Below are positions 1 to 12,800 of a stretch of 64,000 nucleotides of DNA, piece by piece (position 1 is the first letter of the stretch; the number at the start of each line of letters is the position of its first letter). The notes under the pieces are model-generated. The model did no database searches. It had not been told where the DNA came from and saw only the letters and a list, made by a program, of their open reading frames with translations. Where the stretch lies: positions 10,025,009 through 10,089,008 of the forward strand of contig MU058781.1 of the NCBI GenBank assembly GCA_013265495.1. Direction: 5' to 3'. Made by a program: the position numbers and the translations under genes. Origin of the DNA: Vicugna vicugna. Lineage: Eukaryota.

Positions 1-225
1 CAATAATAATACAATTTAGTTGTTTTTACTGTTTTCCTGACTTCATTCATATAAAAAACTGTAGCTCTACATGTTATGTCTATATTTTATCATATATTAA
101 GGCATATTTTTCACAGGACATGTTCTATTTATTAGTTTGTTAAATCAATTTATAGTTTTCATGTATTTAGCTGTATGTTTGTGGGATTCCATTTGTACTC
201 TTGCCCCTTGCCCTTCATGCCCCGG
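1..225 (-). mobile_element. hAT-Tip100 DNA transposon fragment (MER115/Zaphod-like), possibly cut by window start
   Basis: Reverse complement reads GGGGCAAGAGTACAAATGGAATCCCAC...AAACTATAAATTGATTTAACAAAC, resembling the recalled MER115/Zaphod end. Confidence 0.5.
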
Positions 226-1884
226 TTGCTGAACTACCTTCATCACAGGAGTAGTAGGATCAGCCCTTCACTTGAGAAAGATCAGTCCAGTGGAGACAAT
301 AAGACCAGTTAAGAGGCTGACTTCTGTGTGGATAATACTTTGACCTCTAGCCTGAACTTCTGAGTCAGCGCCACTCACTTCTTTCCATATCATATTTTTG
401 GAGAGGTTTTGAATCATGCCACTATAAGTTTCCTGGCCAGCAAGTTCCCAGCTATAGGTCTATATCCATTTTAAGACCAGATATTTTTGACAGCTCAGGA
501 TGGATGGACCAAAGGTCTTCTGTCCTTAACTAAAAAGCAAGTTGAGAATCCACAGGATCCTGTCTTGAGTCTCAAAACCCAAGGCTCATGTGATATCTAA
601 TGCCAGCCATTAACCACGGGGACTATTCAGGCAAGTAACAATGTTTTGAGTCCATAGCAAACCCATTGGTGGGAAAACCTTGCAGATCTGAGTGGCAAAA
701 TAATTGAGCCTCTTTAGAGCACTTGAACCCTCCAGCCTGACCACTACCCTGGTGAGTCTGCAAGGTTTCCCCACGTCTTCTCGGGTTGCAGCCTTCCAGA
801 CCAATCCACCATGGGCCCCTCAAGACTTAGCCATCTAGCGTCTTCAGTGACAAATAGACAAGAGCCGAGTGGATTTGAAATGCTATTTCAAATATTCTGT
901 ATAAGTTCATTTCATGGGCAGAAGAGAATTATGAGAACAGAAACCAGAGGGTTTTTTTTTTCCCCAAAGCACTTTTCATTCTGGCTTCAACCTGAAATTG
1001 AAGAGGACATCTCCTGCCTACTGTCAAGCTGAAGTAAGATGTAGAATGCAAGAGCCAGGGGTGCTAATTACAGGTTTTCTTGGACTTACACATTTAGAAA
1101 GCTTTCCTCTCTATTTTTATCTTGAAGTAAAATACAGAAGTAAAATTTGATGGTAATGCCTTGGTGACATAAAGTTTCTAAAATGGGAAGCAAATTTTGT
1201 TTAGAAAATACACTCTATCATCTTACAGTGCTTTTATGTTTTATCATCATTAATAGGAAACTATATCTTGATGGAAATATTGAAGGTTAATAAGTACTAA
1301 ATTATTAACTAGGAGATGAAATTGAGTAGTCCTGATAAATTAGTTTATGCATGTAAATGTATAATTTATGTATATATGCATAAATTTGCATATATGATGG
1401 TATAGATACAGAACAGTATTTTAATAATGTAATTTCTATTTTCAATTTGTATAAAATTTATGAATTTCTAATCACATCAGTAAGACTTCTGAAATGGGCT
1501 TATGTCATTAAAACTAGATTTAAAATAATTTTAGGTCTGTTACTATGATTACTCTTATTAGCAGTTTAACCTGGCCCTAATACATTTTATTCTATTCTGT
1601 GCATGACATCTCTCCATTTCCCACAGGAGTGAGATGTGGTAGCATCAACAGCTCCAAAGACAGCTTTATACAAGATTAGCATCTTCACCCAGAATGTCAG
1701 AGGCATGTAGATGAGGAAAATGTAATCATGATCACTCACTATGAATTTTCTAGGACAAAATTATACTTAAATAGCAACAACAAAAGGTGAATTTGGTTAC
1801 GATGATTGATGGCCAGTTCTCCCTGGCTAAATCTCATTCAGAATAGCACAGGTCATACTAGAAAATGTTCTCATCAAGTACTTG

Positions 1885-2130
1885 ATTACTGCTCTGGTTT
1901 AGTCTGAGATTTGCTACTTGCTTTCTACATGTGGGACCCTAGTCGTGTTTTCTTTTCTGTTACTCTGTGTACTCATCTGTAAAATGGGGAGAATAATGGT
2001 GCTTGTTGGGATGTAATGTAAGTGAAATCATATTTGTATGTCATAAGAATTAAAATGTTGTGCAGCTAATGAAACACTCAGCACAGATACTGGCCCGTAG
2101 TAAGCTCACAATATATGTTAGCCATTATTG
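1885..2130 (+). mobile_element. MIR SINE
   Basis: MIR core CTCATCTGTAAAATGGGGAGAATAAT and 3' end CTGGCCCGTAGTAAGCTCACAATATATGTTAGCCATTATT. Confidence 0.75.
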
Positions 2131-4772
2131 TAGCACCTGAAAACTGTATTTTACTGATAATTGAACAGCTGGTTTTTCTTGATATTTGTCCAAAAGAATT
2201 GGCTACATTGGATATTTATTTTGAGCCATAATGAGGATGGAGTCAAAAAATAAACCTATCATCACGCATCTTATAATTGTAAAGATCATCTTTAATGAAC
2301 TTCAGTTATAAACTCCTAGGAAAGAATATTCTTTGTGAAGACAAAGAGAGCTGAGGCCATAAAGCTTTGTGCCTCACTTACACATTCTCTCACAAGTCTG
2401 GGATAAAATAAGGTTGACTGATGTCAGGTAACAATTCTGTCCTTTTGGCCACTGGGATTGTGTTTGGCAAAGACAGAAGAAAATGGTTTTTGTTTCACTA
2501 AATGAGATTTCAAAGCCTTGCTTGCAATCTCTCTGTGGGTAGGCTTCCACTCAACAGAGAGCTTAGCCTGGTGTACAGGAGATCAGGAGTTAGCCCCCGG
2601 CAGGACAGGGCGGTTCTCTAAGGTGTCTGAGGCAATCCAGACTTACCGCGTCGACTGAGAGTCACCAGAGTGAGCCCACGCAGGCACAAGACACAGCGTG
2701 GGAGACTCACAGGTTAGCACTTGGGAATATTTATTTTGTCAACTTCTGAACTATTTAGTCTGGGCCATTTAAACTACTACTGTTTTTGGTGTACACACCT
2801 GTCCAAATTTATAGCAGCCGACACTGCATAGAGCTATGGGGACTCAGGTTCATGGCTAGCTGATTGTTTAGAAAAGCCCATATGCGAAAAGCCAGATCTC
2901 TCTGTGAACGGAGATAAAAAGTGGGTCAAGCCAAGTGTATGGAAAATGTGATAATGGGAGAGTCAAAGCATATTCCCATGGGGGCCGATTTCTCTCATGT
3001 CCAAGTGAACTACATATTAATGAAGGATGAGAACCTCTCACAACTGATAAGCAGACCGTCTCCTGGCAATTAGCCTAGCTCCTGTTGCAAAATAGGTGCT
3101 TGATTTGGACTTGATCCATTCCTCCACTTGCTCCCTGTGAGGAAGCACAGCCTCAAATAATTGCGGGTCTATTAGCACATCAATTATCTCAAGACCTTGA
3201 TTTTAGCAAGGAGTGGATTTTAATCAATCACTGCAAATGTTATCGAGAGATTAGTTGTCCCAGAAAATAAAATAAAATTAACTACAATTAGACTGTAATA
3301 ACTTGCAAGTGCCAAGAGCATATATTTTCTAGTTCCTTTAGAATTAATGCATTCGCCTCTAACTTGTGTAGGAAAAAGATGTTTAGACTTTTGCAGGAAT
3401 AATGGGAATTAATGTGACCTCTTATTTTCCTTTTTTCTAAGGAACTGAAAGTAGGTAACTAAGCTAATAAGTAAATAGCTCATATGTTAATATATCCAAG
3501 ATCTTATGAATTGAGACAGTGTGAGATAATTAATAGAAACTAAAGAGTTTGTGAAAGAAGGATCTCATTGCAATCCTGGAATTCAATCTGATGTTTTTAA
3601 AGTGTTGGGAAGAAGTTGGGAAGAACAGGGCATGGTGAGGCGTGATGAGGAAAGATGCAGAAAGGTTCAGCGCTGGTCAGCTGAAGTAACAAATGACAGC
3701 ATGGGTGATCTGTGGACATGTGAGCATTCTGTCAGGCATCCAGAAATACTTGGTGAGAGGACTTATTAGAATATTGCACTTGCTGTATTCAGGCTGACTG
3801 GGAGACTGTCATTGCAGTGTCTGTAATGATTTACTTTAAAACACTTTGGCACACACTGCACAATATTATGTATGTGCTACTTAGCTGAAGCTTCAACTCT
3901 AGGGTCATTCAGTTTCTCTAATCAAGAATCCACACTCCAAGGATGGCGCTTAACATTATATGAAAAAGGCTAATTCCAAAGGTAGCTACTAAAAGCCCTT
4001 TAACTATCCAGAGCTCAATCAATACCTGAGGATGTTCTAATCAGCATAATCAAGGTCAGACAAGGATTTGCTCAGTAAATTAGTGACTTGTTATTTGGCG
4101 TGATCACTGGTAGACCTGGACTCTGATTAGATAAAATGAAAATGGTGCAGAAGATGCCACTTATTAAAATATTTTAGTGACGTGGCACATAGTTGCATGG
4201 ACACGATGTAGGATTCAGGGAGGCCGAAAGCCTGGGTTCCCAGGGATGCTTGATCCCTTAATGGCTTTGTGGTTGGTCCTTGTTTGTCTGATGCTGACTA
4301 TAAAGGTCACAGTTTTACACCTCTGGAATGTTTGAACATCTACCTGGTGTGAAAATTTCCTGCAGTGTGGTGGATAGGGCTTCTACAAAGGCAGAAAAGT
4401 GAGATTTCATCAAGCTTACAGTATAGGTGATATTAACTGTTTGAGGTTTGATTGCACATAAATGTTTGTGTAATATATTGTATATTTATAATGACAGAAG
4501 TTGATCTAAAACTTAATTTCTCTATAAACTGATAAATAAGTTTCTATAGCTAACTTCCACTCACCTCAAACTATTCAGTGATTAACTTTCTCCACCAAAG
4601 AGCTGTTCTTGCCCAAACTGTCTTAGACCACTTTGCAACAGGTCATCAGATTATTCTTGTTTCAGAATTAAGTACCACTTTTTAAGAGGGGTAAAGTCAG
4701 AGATATTTGAGTTGCACTTAATTTATGATCTTTCTAGCACTGCAGGAAGACCTCACAATTCTGACTCTAAAA

Positions 4773-5881
4773 CAGGGATTCTTAACCTAAATTTAAGGGA
4801 CTCATAACCCAGAAGGTGAAACATTACATTTGTAGTTTCACTAACCACTCACAGAATTTATTTCCTTCATTTTTGAATGTAGACAAACTGCATCTTAGCA
4901 GCACTTGTGATTTTGTTACTAATGGGAATCACAGCTTTTTCTTGTATCACTTAATAGTTGTTGCAGATGGCTCTAAATATCATTTAGAATCATTGCCACT
5001 TAAAAATTATGGTAGTTATTAGACCAACTGCTGGATCTTTTTATTTGATGTCTCAGTAAAGAATTGTATAAATAACTATAACACAAACCTGCTTTCTTAA
5101 TATTTTGAAACTTTATTTCAATATAACTGGCTTTCTTTTTAATCCTAAGTATTTTATCTTATGCATTTAAAACCATCATTTGATTCAGAAAGATACATGC
5201 ACCTAATGTTCATAGCAGAACTATTTATAATAGCCAAGACATGGAAGCAATTTAAATGTCCATTGACAGATGATTGGATAAAGAAGTTGTGATATATATA
5301 TGTGTGTATATATATATGTATACACACACACACACACCATGGTATACTACTCAGTCATAAAGAAGAATGAAATGCCATTTGCAGCAACATGAATGGACCT
5401 AGAGATTATCATATTAAGTGATGTAAGTCAGACAGAGAAAGACAACTATCACATGATATCACTTATATGTGGAATCTAAAAAAATGACCCAAATGAACTT
5501 ATGCACAAAACAGAAACAGACTCGTTGACATAGAAAAGAAACTTATGGTTTTACCAAAGGGAGAGATTGGGGAGAGGGATTAATTAGAAGTTTGGGATTA
5601 GCAGATACAAAGTACTATTTATAAAATAGATAGACAACAATGTCCTGCTGTATAGCACAGGGAACTATGTTCAATAGCTTGTAATAACCTGTAATGAAAA
5701 AGAATATATATATATATATATGACTGAATCACTATGCTGCACACCAGAAACTAACACAACATTGTAAATCAACTCTACTTCAATTTAAAAAAAAAAAAAA
5801 GACATTATTTGGACAAGAGGTTGACAAGACACACCAGACTGTAAAAGGGTTTCATGGCACTGGAAAGGTTAAGAACCCCTG
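4773..5881 (+). mobile_element. hAT-Charlie DNA transposon (Charlie4a/MER80-like), interrupted by an L1
   Basis: TIRs CAGGGATTCTTAACCT (4773) and AGGTTAAGAACCCCTG (ends 5881); 8-bp TSD CTCTAAAA / TTCTAGAA. Confidence 0.8.
5183..5800 (+). mobile_element. LINE-1 3' end (ORF2 C-terminus, 3' UTR, poly-A), 5'-truncated
   Basis: GATACATGCACC...ATAGCCAAGACATGGAAGCAA, TATAGCACAGGGAACTAT, CACCAGAAACTAACACAACATTGTAAATCAAC, A14 tail; degenerate TSD AAAACCATCATTTG / AAAGACATTATTTG. Confidence 0.93.
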
Positions 5882-6699
5882 TTCTAGAAGGTTCCTTCAA
5901 TGTCAAATTTTCCTGTTGCCAAAATTAAACCTAGCTGCTTGAACTATTTCCTCATTTATGTGATATCTTAGAAATAAATGAGTGGTGTGTGTATGTGTGC
6001 AGGAGGGTTTGGGCTGAGGGGTCAAACAGAATGTAAATGCTAAGGGCAGCTAGAAGAGCAGTTCCAGGATAGAAAGGGGCTAGAGTGAGAGTGGATTGTT
6101 GCTATGCTGTTCTTGAAAATCTCTTTGCCAGCTTGTACAATGGAAAAAGCAGATTTCATGGAGAACTATTTACTGAGACTCTTACCTAATCTTTCTGCTA
6201 CCTCAGCATCTCTGGCCCAGGAGGTTCGTGAAGTGAAATAGGCACTTGGGATGGGGGAGGTTGGCGAAGTGCTGTAGCTTTCAGAGCTGTGATACTGGAC
6301 CACAGACTAAGGCTTTGGGCTGAGTAGGGAACAAAGTCTCTGAGACCACATTCCTTGGATTCAGCTTTCTTATGTCCAAATATGTGTTGCCCAAATTAGG
6401 AAAGGGGTTCCAGATCCTAGACTGCCCTCAAAATAGATGTGTCTATGCTTGGCAGGTCTTCACGGAGAATCCTTGCACTGCTCATCTGTGAAACCTGGAG
6501 AGAAATGACTTGTGATTGCCAGTAAAGTTGGGGATAGGTCTCTCCTAGGTCTTGACTGACTTCTCACGGACAAGTCTTATTGGTAGCTCCCCCTGGAAAC
6601 CTCAGGTGTGAAAAAGCAAAAACTATAAGCACTGACTAGCCTGGTTTGATTCCTGACTATGCACCTTATTGTTAAATGATCTTATGCAAGTCGTTTCAC

Positions 6700-7755
6700 T
6701 CGTCTTCTAAATCTTGACCCCTTTTAACCACACTCCCTTCTTGGGTGATCTCTTGCGCTCCTAGGGTTTCAGTGAACATCCATATGCATGATCTGTGAAG
6801 GTGGAGACCATGTCTTCTCCTTTTACCTTTGTTTCTCTAGATTGAGCACTAGGTGCAGCTCAGAGGAAGTACTCAGTTAATATTTGTTCAATAAGTGATT
6901 GGTGACTCTTAACTTCTCCCTGGATTTTATAGTCATTGGTTGTGACTAGATGGTATCACAGGGATCTCAAAACTGTTTTCAAAATGAAATGTCTCACCTT
7001 TCCCCCCGAAACAGCTTTTTCCTTCTGTGCTCCCTACATCAGCAAAAGTTAGGAGCATCTACACCGTTGCTCGAGCCAGAGACATCATGATGGTGATCCT
7101 GAGCAAATTTCTCTGCTGCCAATTGCTATTGAAATAGTCTAAACTCTGAGATAATCTAAACCCTCTGAGGTCCTACATGAGCTAGAGCTTACTCCACTAG
7201 TTTTATTTCTTTCGACACTGCCTGTACCCCTGCACCGCTCCACGTTCTATGCTAGGACGCTCTCGTAGTAAATACTTGCTCATATTTAAGGTAGTAGGCG
7301 TGCTGCTCCCTCAGAGTGTAACACGCTTCTCCCACGCCCATTTTATTCAGGATGTCCCACCAGCACTGACCCCTGACCCGCCTGACAGCAACCTCACACA
7401 AGCTTCTCCTTGATAATTTCTCATCCCTTTTTGAGACTCATTTCCTCTGGGAAATGAGCTGTCTCCCTTGACTTCCCCAGACTAAAACATGGTTCTGATT
7501 CAGGATGCCTGGAGCAGAGTCCTGAGAATATGTACTTTTAAAAAGCCCTCCAGGTGATACTGATCAGCACGATCATGAATCATCATTTAGTAACCACTAA
7601 CTCACTGTATTGTTGTTGGCCATTTAGTTGTCTGGATTCTTCACTAAACTGTGAGCTCTGTGAGACGGGACCTATCTATCTTGTTCGCTTCCTAAGAAAC
7701 ACACAATCTAGCAATAAGAGACACTAAATATGCTTTTGTTAAATAAATGCATAAA
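6700..7755 (+). mobile_element. LINE-2 fragments, with a MER5A-like piece at about 7490-7600
   Basis: L2 3' end motifs (GTACTCAGTTAATATTTGTTCAATAAGTGA; AACTGTGAGCTCTGTGAG...TTGTTAAATAAATG); MER5A-like CTCCAGGTGATACTGAT...AACCACT. Confidence 0.6.
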
Positions 7756-8207
7756 CTTTGTGATTTTTTTTTCTGGGCTGCCCAGGGCTCCATTCTATAA
7801 TTTTAGGGTTAGTGAGTAGGTGTATCTGGTATGTGAGATGGCGCTAAGTCATTTTAGTAAGTCAAATCTCACACCAAACTATTGTGATATTATTCAGATT
7901 TTCCCATAGCTTTGATATTCCCAGGATTGTTCATGAGACATATACCAGAGCTTAAATCCTGAATGCTAATGGTTTCTGATTCTTTTTATATAGAAATGGA
8001 AAAAAAACCTGCTGAAAGTCAAAGCCAATATTAGCTTCCTTGACAAATTCCTTATCCTTGACGAATATTTACTAAGAGCTCCTTATTCTCCTTTTGAGAA
8101 TAACATTGTAGGATATGTGTTAAGAATATTGTTAAGTATAAATGCCATCACCAAAGTCCATGTAAATGTCAAAGTGAAGGTAAGCAGTGGTGATTAGACA
8201 GAAGTTT

Positions 8208-8262
8208 ACACACACATGTACACACACACGTGCACACACACGTGCGTAGAGACACACACACT
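8208..8262. repeat. Degenerate (CA)n microsatellite
   Basis: Interrupted CA repeats seen directly. Confidence 0.8.
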
Positions 8263-8802
8263 TTACACCAAGTAATATTTCTGCCTGTGAATGTTAACTA
8301 ACATTTTTCCAAGTGTTATACTGCAACTAATTTGAAGGTTTAGCAATTGAAATAGAAATGAAATGTTTTCCCCTTTGAAGATGATTCTTTATAACCTGTA
8401 TGCTCTACCTGCAAGTTTCTGCCAATCACCATGTGGACAAGGATGTGTAAAATTTATTTTAGTATGGATAAGGCTAATGTTTGAGGAAATTAGATAGTGA
8501 ATTGGTGCAAAAAACTTTCAAACCCTCCTACTCAGTTGTATGCAACCTATAATGTCATTCCTTATATGTGAAGAATTAATCACATTTTATCAAATATATA
8601 GTATTCACATTTATGCATTTTCTTTAGTGTGCCTCCTACCATAGACATGGTCCTTTCTATTAAGTGCCTTTTTTCTTTAAAAATATACATTTCCTCTACA
8701 GGCCAAGCATATGGGGTTCACCTCTTAATTATCACCTTTTAAAATGTGTTCACCATTATTTGCTCGCTATTTTTCCCATAAAAGAGCAAAATAAAGGGCT
8801 GA

Positions 8803-8897
8803 ATGGAGGAAGGGGAAAAATGGAGAAGGAAGAAGAAAGGAAGGAAGGGAGGAAGGAAGTGAGACAGTTAAGGAGGAAGAGAGAAGTAGGAGGAGAG
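8803..8897. repeat. GA-rich low-complexity purine tract
   Basis: Nearly pure A/G on the + strand, including (GGAA)n-like units. Confidence 0.75.
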
Positions 8898-9553
8898 CAC
8901 ACCGACTTAGATTAATTGCAACAGCCATTCCCAAGAGAAAAGAAATATGACTCCTTAAAAGGAAAGTGGAAAAGCCTAAACTCTCTCAGACAGCCTTCTC
9001 TGGGGATGCTGACTGGACACTCTGTTCTCTTGTAATTGATACGGTCATTTGCAATTAAGGTAAGGGAGAGGCCAACGGGTAACAGGGATCCCTGCCTCCA
9101 CTCCTGTGATCTGAGCTGTGGGAGGAGCAGAGGAAGTGTCAAACGGATGCATGATGTCAGGGAGCTGAGGTGGCGATGGGAGCAGGTAGGGGACAGAAGG
9201 CAGCATGCTCAGGGAACTTCTCCTCTTGCGGGTGGGGCCCTGGAGGACTACTTCTAAACTCGCTGACCTGGAAAAAGTCCGATGCAGGAGGGAGAACGTG
9301 GAAGAAGAGGGAGCTGTGGGAGCCTGAACTTCAGGAGGTTCTCTGCATCCCGCAACCATGGGGTGCAGGAAGAGAGATGCAGGTCAGCTGGGCTCACTAA
9401 TGTGTCCGGGGACGGCTGGAAACCCTTCAGCCGAACTAACCATTTGTTAATGGAAATACTAGGGGGAAAGGTAGGAAAGCATTTTGTACTGGGTGTTTGC
9501 ACTTTGGCTAATATGCCAGAAGGGAAATTGAGTTCAAAACCTATGGCTTTATT

Positions 9554-11334
9554 AATGGGCCATGCACACAACCACATGGGAACCCAGCTCTGCCCTCCAG
9601 CTGGCTGGCAGCAGCCCCAAGCCACCCTGGGCCATGCAGCCAACTGCACAGGAAACTTGTTCTGCCCTCCAGCTGGCCCACGGCCCCTGCACAAGGTATG
9701 GCCTCACAGCTGACCAGGCCCGGGGGGCCTGCCCTACCTGTCAGTGCATCCACAGTAATTGGCCCTGCCACAGCAGAAGGGCACACACAGCCCACAGAGA
9801 GGGTGGCCTTAGAGCATATAGTCTCATAAACAGAAGGGAGCATGTTGCTGCACCCCATAGGATGTCTCCTACACAAGATCACTTCTCCAAGATCGGGAAA
9901 CATAACCAACCTACCTACCACAAGAAATAAACACAGAACTGGGCAAAATCAGGAGACTGAGGTGTGTGTTCCAAACAAAGGAACAAGCCATAACATCAGA
10001 AAAAAACTAAGGGAAGTGGAGATGAGTAATCTACCCAATAAAGTGTTCAATGCAATAATTATAAAGATGCTTACCAAACTAGGTAGAAGAATGGATGAAC
10101 ACAGCGAGAATTTCAACAATGAGTTAGAAAATATAAAGAAGAAAAATAAAGAAGAATCAAATAGAGCTGAGAAATACAATAACTGAAATAAAAAATACAC
10201 CAGAAAGAATCAAAGTCAATTAGATGATACAAAGGAACAGATCAGCAATATGAAAGACAGTGAAATAGAAATCACTCAATTAAACAGAAAAAAGAAAAAA
10301 AAAGTTAAATGAGGATAGTTTAAGAGACCTCTGGGACCACATTAGGCATACTAACATTCTCATGATAGGGTCCCAGAAGGAGAAGAGAGAGAGGAAGGGA
10401 CAGAGAACTTACTTGAAGAAAAAATTGCTGAAAACTCCCTTAACCTGGGGAAGGAACCAGACATGCAGGTCTAGGAAGTACAGAGAGTCTCAAGTAAGAT
10501 GAACTCAAAGTGGCTTACATCAAGACATTATAATTAAAATGGCAAAAATGAGAGAGAAAAGGAGAATCTTAAAAGTAGTAAGAGAAACACAACTAGTTAC
10601 AATCAAAGGAACTTTCTTTCATAAAACCATGAGCCAACTTTAAGCAAAAACTGCAAGCCGGAAGGGAGTGGCACCACATACAAAGTGATGGAAGGGAAAC
10701 ACCTACAACCAAGAACGCTCTACCCAGCAAGATTATCATTCACATTTGAAGGCGAGAAGAAGAGTTCTGCAGACAAGCAAGAGGTAACAGAGTCCAACAC
10801 CACTAAACCAGCTTTGCAAGGTGTGTTAAAGGGGTATTTCTAAGCAAAAAAGAAAAGACTGCAACTAGAAATATGAAACTTAGGGAAGGAAAAAATCTCA
10901 CCAGTAAAGACAAGTATATAGTAAAGGTAGTAGATTAGCCACTTACAGAGCTAGAAGGAAGCTTAGAAGACAAAAGGAGGACAGTTACCTATAGTAAGTG
11001 GTTAAGGGATACACAGAACAAAAAGATGTGAAATATGATGTTGAAAACATTATACTGAGGGTAGAGAGTAAAAATGTAGGGTAGTTAGAATGTGTTCAAA
11101 ATTAAGAGGTCAACTAAAATCATATATATATATCCCCAAAACCTATTATAGGTACCCACAAAAAGAAAAAAGAATCCAAACATAACACTGAAGGTAGTCA
11201 TCAAATCACAAGGGAAACTATTCAAAAAACTGAAGAGGAAGGAACACTTCTGAAATCATTCTATGAGGCCAGCATCACTCTGATACCAAAATCAAAGAAG
11301 GTACATCAACTATATCTCAATAATTTTAAAAAAA
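9554..11334 (+). mobile_element. Internally deleted LINE-1: partial 5' UTR + ORF1 + spacer + ~85 bp of ORF2 + 3' tip
   Basis: ORF1-like translation; ORF2 piece encoding ...EEEGTLLKSFYEASITLIPK at about 11215-11295; 3' tip GTACATCAACTATATCTCAATAA with short A tail; degenerate 18-bp TSD at 9536-9553 and 11332-11349. Confidence 0.88.
9948..10843 (+). pseudogene. Decayed L1 ORF1p coding region (start codon mutated, stops and frameshifts)
   Basis: EMSNLPNKVFNAIIIKMLTKLGRRMDEHSENFNNELENIKK; LWDHIRHTNI..PEGEEREEGTENL; terminal LKGYF*. Confidence 0.85.
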
Positions 11335-11616
11335 TCCCGTGGCTTCACTGAAATACATGTACTCTGCATTCTGCTTTTATAAGGTATAGTATTAATTTAC
11401 ACTGATACATAAGAACCAGTGGCTTCAGCATTAAGACTTTGGGGCTTTTAGTTAGAGAGGCTGTAGAGAGAAGCCTGCTGTTCTAGCCCGTGTAGCTGAC
11501 ATCCTCCTCGTCAACCTCATGGCAGTGGTCCATCTCAGACACATCGGAAGGATTGGGCTGAGAGGAAGCTGTTGCCTAAATCCACGGAAGCTGGTTGGGA
11601 TGGAGAGGGTTGCCCC

Positions 11617-11967
11617 TATCTCAGTGTGTTCAGGTTACTATAACAAAATACCACAGACTGGGTAGCTTGTGGACAACAGAATTTATTTCTCACAGTTCTG
11701 GAGGCTGAGTGTCCGAGGTCAGAGTACAAGGAGGATGGAGTTAGGACCCTCTTTTGGGTGGAAGACTTCTCTTTGTATGTTCATGTGACAGAAGAGGCTA
11801 GAGGTCTCTGTGGAGCCTCTTTTATAAGGCACCAAATCCATTCACGAGGGTCCACCTTCATGACTTAAGGACTTCCCAGAGCCTCCACCTACACATACTG
11901 TCACCTTCAGGGATTAGGATTCCAACATATCAGTTTTAGGGGGAACACAAACTTATAGACCATGGCA
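11617..11967 (-). mobile_element. MaLR solo LTR (MLT1A/A0-like)
   Basis: ATAACAAAATACCACAGACTGGGTAGCTT...ATTTATTTCTCACAGTTCTGGAGGCTG...GGGGAACACAAACTTATAGACCATGGCA; 5-bp TSD GCCCC / GTCCC. Confidence 0.88.
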
Positions 11968-12499
11968 GTCCCCAAAGAGAATGCTTTGAGACAGCATTTG
12001 CTTAATTTTCATAAATTCCTTTTTATTCTGACTTCTCTGAACTTTGCATAGCAAATAATGAAAATAGAAAGTTTGTCTTAGCGCCTTTGAATGGCAGCAG
12101 CATGAATAAGGTGGAAATATCTCAGGATGATTTGTGCTTTTGAGTATTTTCTCTGATTTTTACTAATTCTAATTCATATAATTGTTGTAATGATTAAAGA
12201 GTACAGCATATAAATTCTCTGGTACACAGAGGACTTACAGTAAATGCTAGCTCTCATCTGCTGTTTACTTTAGAAGATTAGCCATAGTTTATTGACTGAT
12301 GTGTGCTAAGGCAAATTTTCGCCAGTAGACCATTTCAGGAATCATATACAATTATTCTTTTACAATTAATTCTAATGAAATATCTTAGACCGATTATATT
12401 GTATCCTTGATCATCTATAGTAAAATAGTATATAGTGATAATATATAATACCATAGAAAATTTAATTCCCTTATCATATTTTTGAAATCAGTTTTTTCG

Positions 12500-12800
12500 G
12501 AAAGAGATGGCACCCTCAAACAAAAAGAAATTAAAGCAGGGACTATTCATGGAGGTATGGCAAGGTTAAGAGAACTAGGGAGACTGGAAGATGTCAGAGA
12601 GGGCAGCCAGATGGAACCATGACCTTCCACGTAGAAATGTAGCCACTGCCATCCAGTAGCTGAGCTCAGGCAGAACTTAGGATGTACATACCCTGACCTC
12701 ACTTTGCTCCTGCCCTCTGTCCTACCAGAGCTTTCCATCAGCTGAGTTCAGTGAGAAACCAGAGTGAATCTGGGAAAGGAAACAAAGATTACCCAGCGTA
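12500..12800 (-). mobile_element. Old MaLR LTR fragment (MLT1K/L-like)
   Basis: ACCCTGACCTCACTTTGCTCCTGCCCTCTG...AGAAACCAGAG...TCTGGGAAAGGAAACAAAGATTACCCAGC resembles an MLT1 consensus. Confidence 0.45.

Noticed and set aside
8912..9930. Stack of overlapping 70-146 aa ORFs on both strands
   Set aside because: Explained by local GC richness and the L1 5' UTR; no recognisable domain or exon structure
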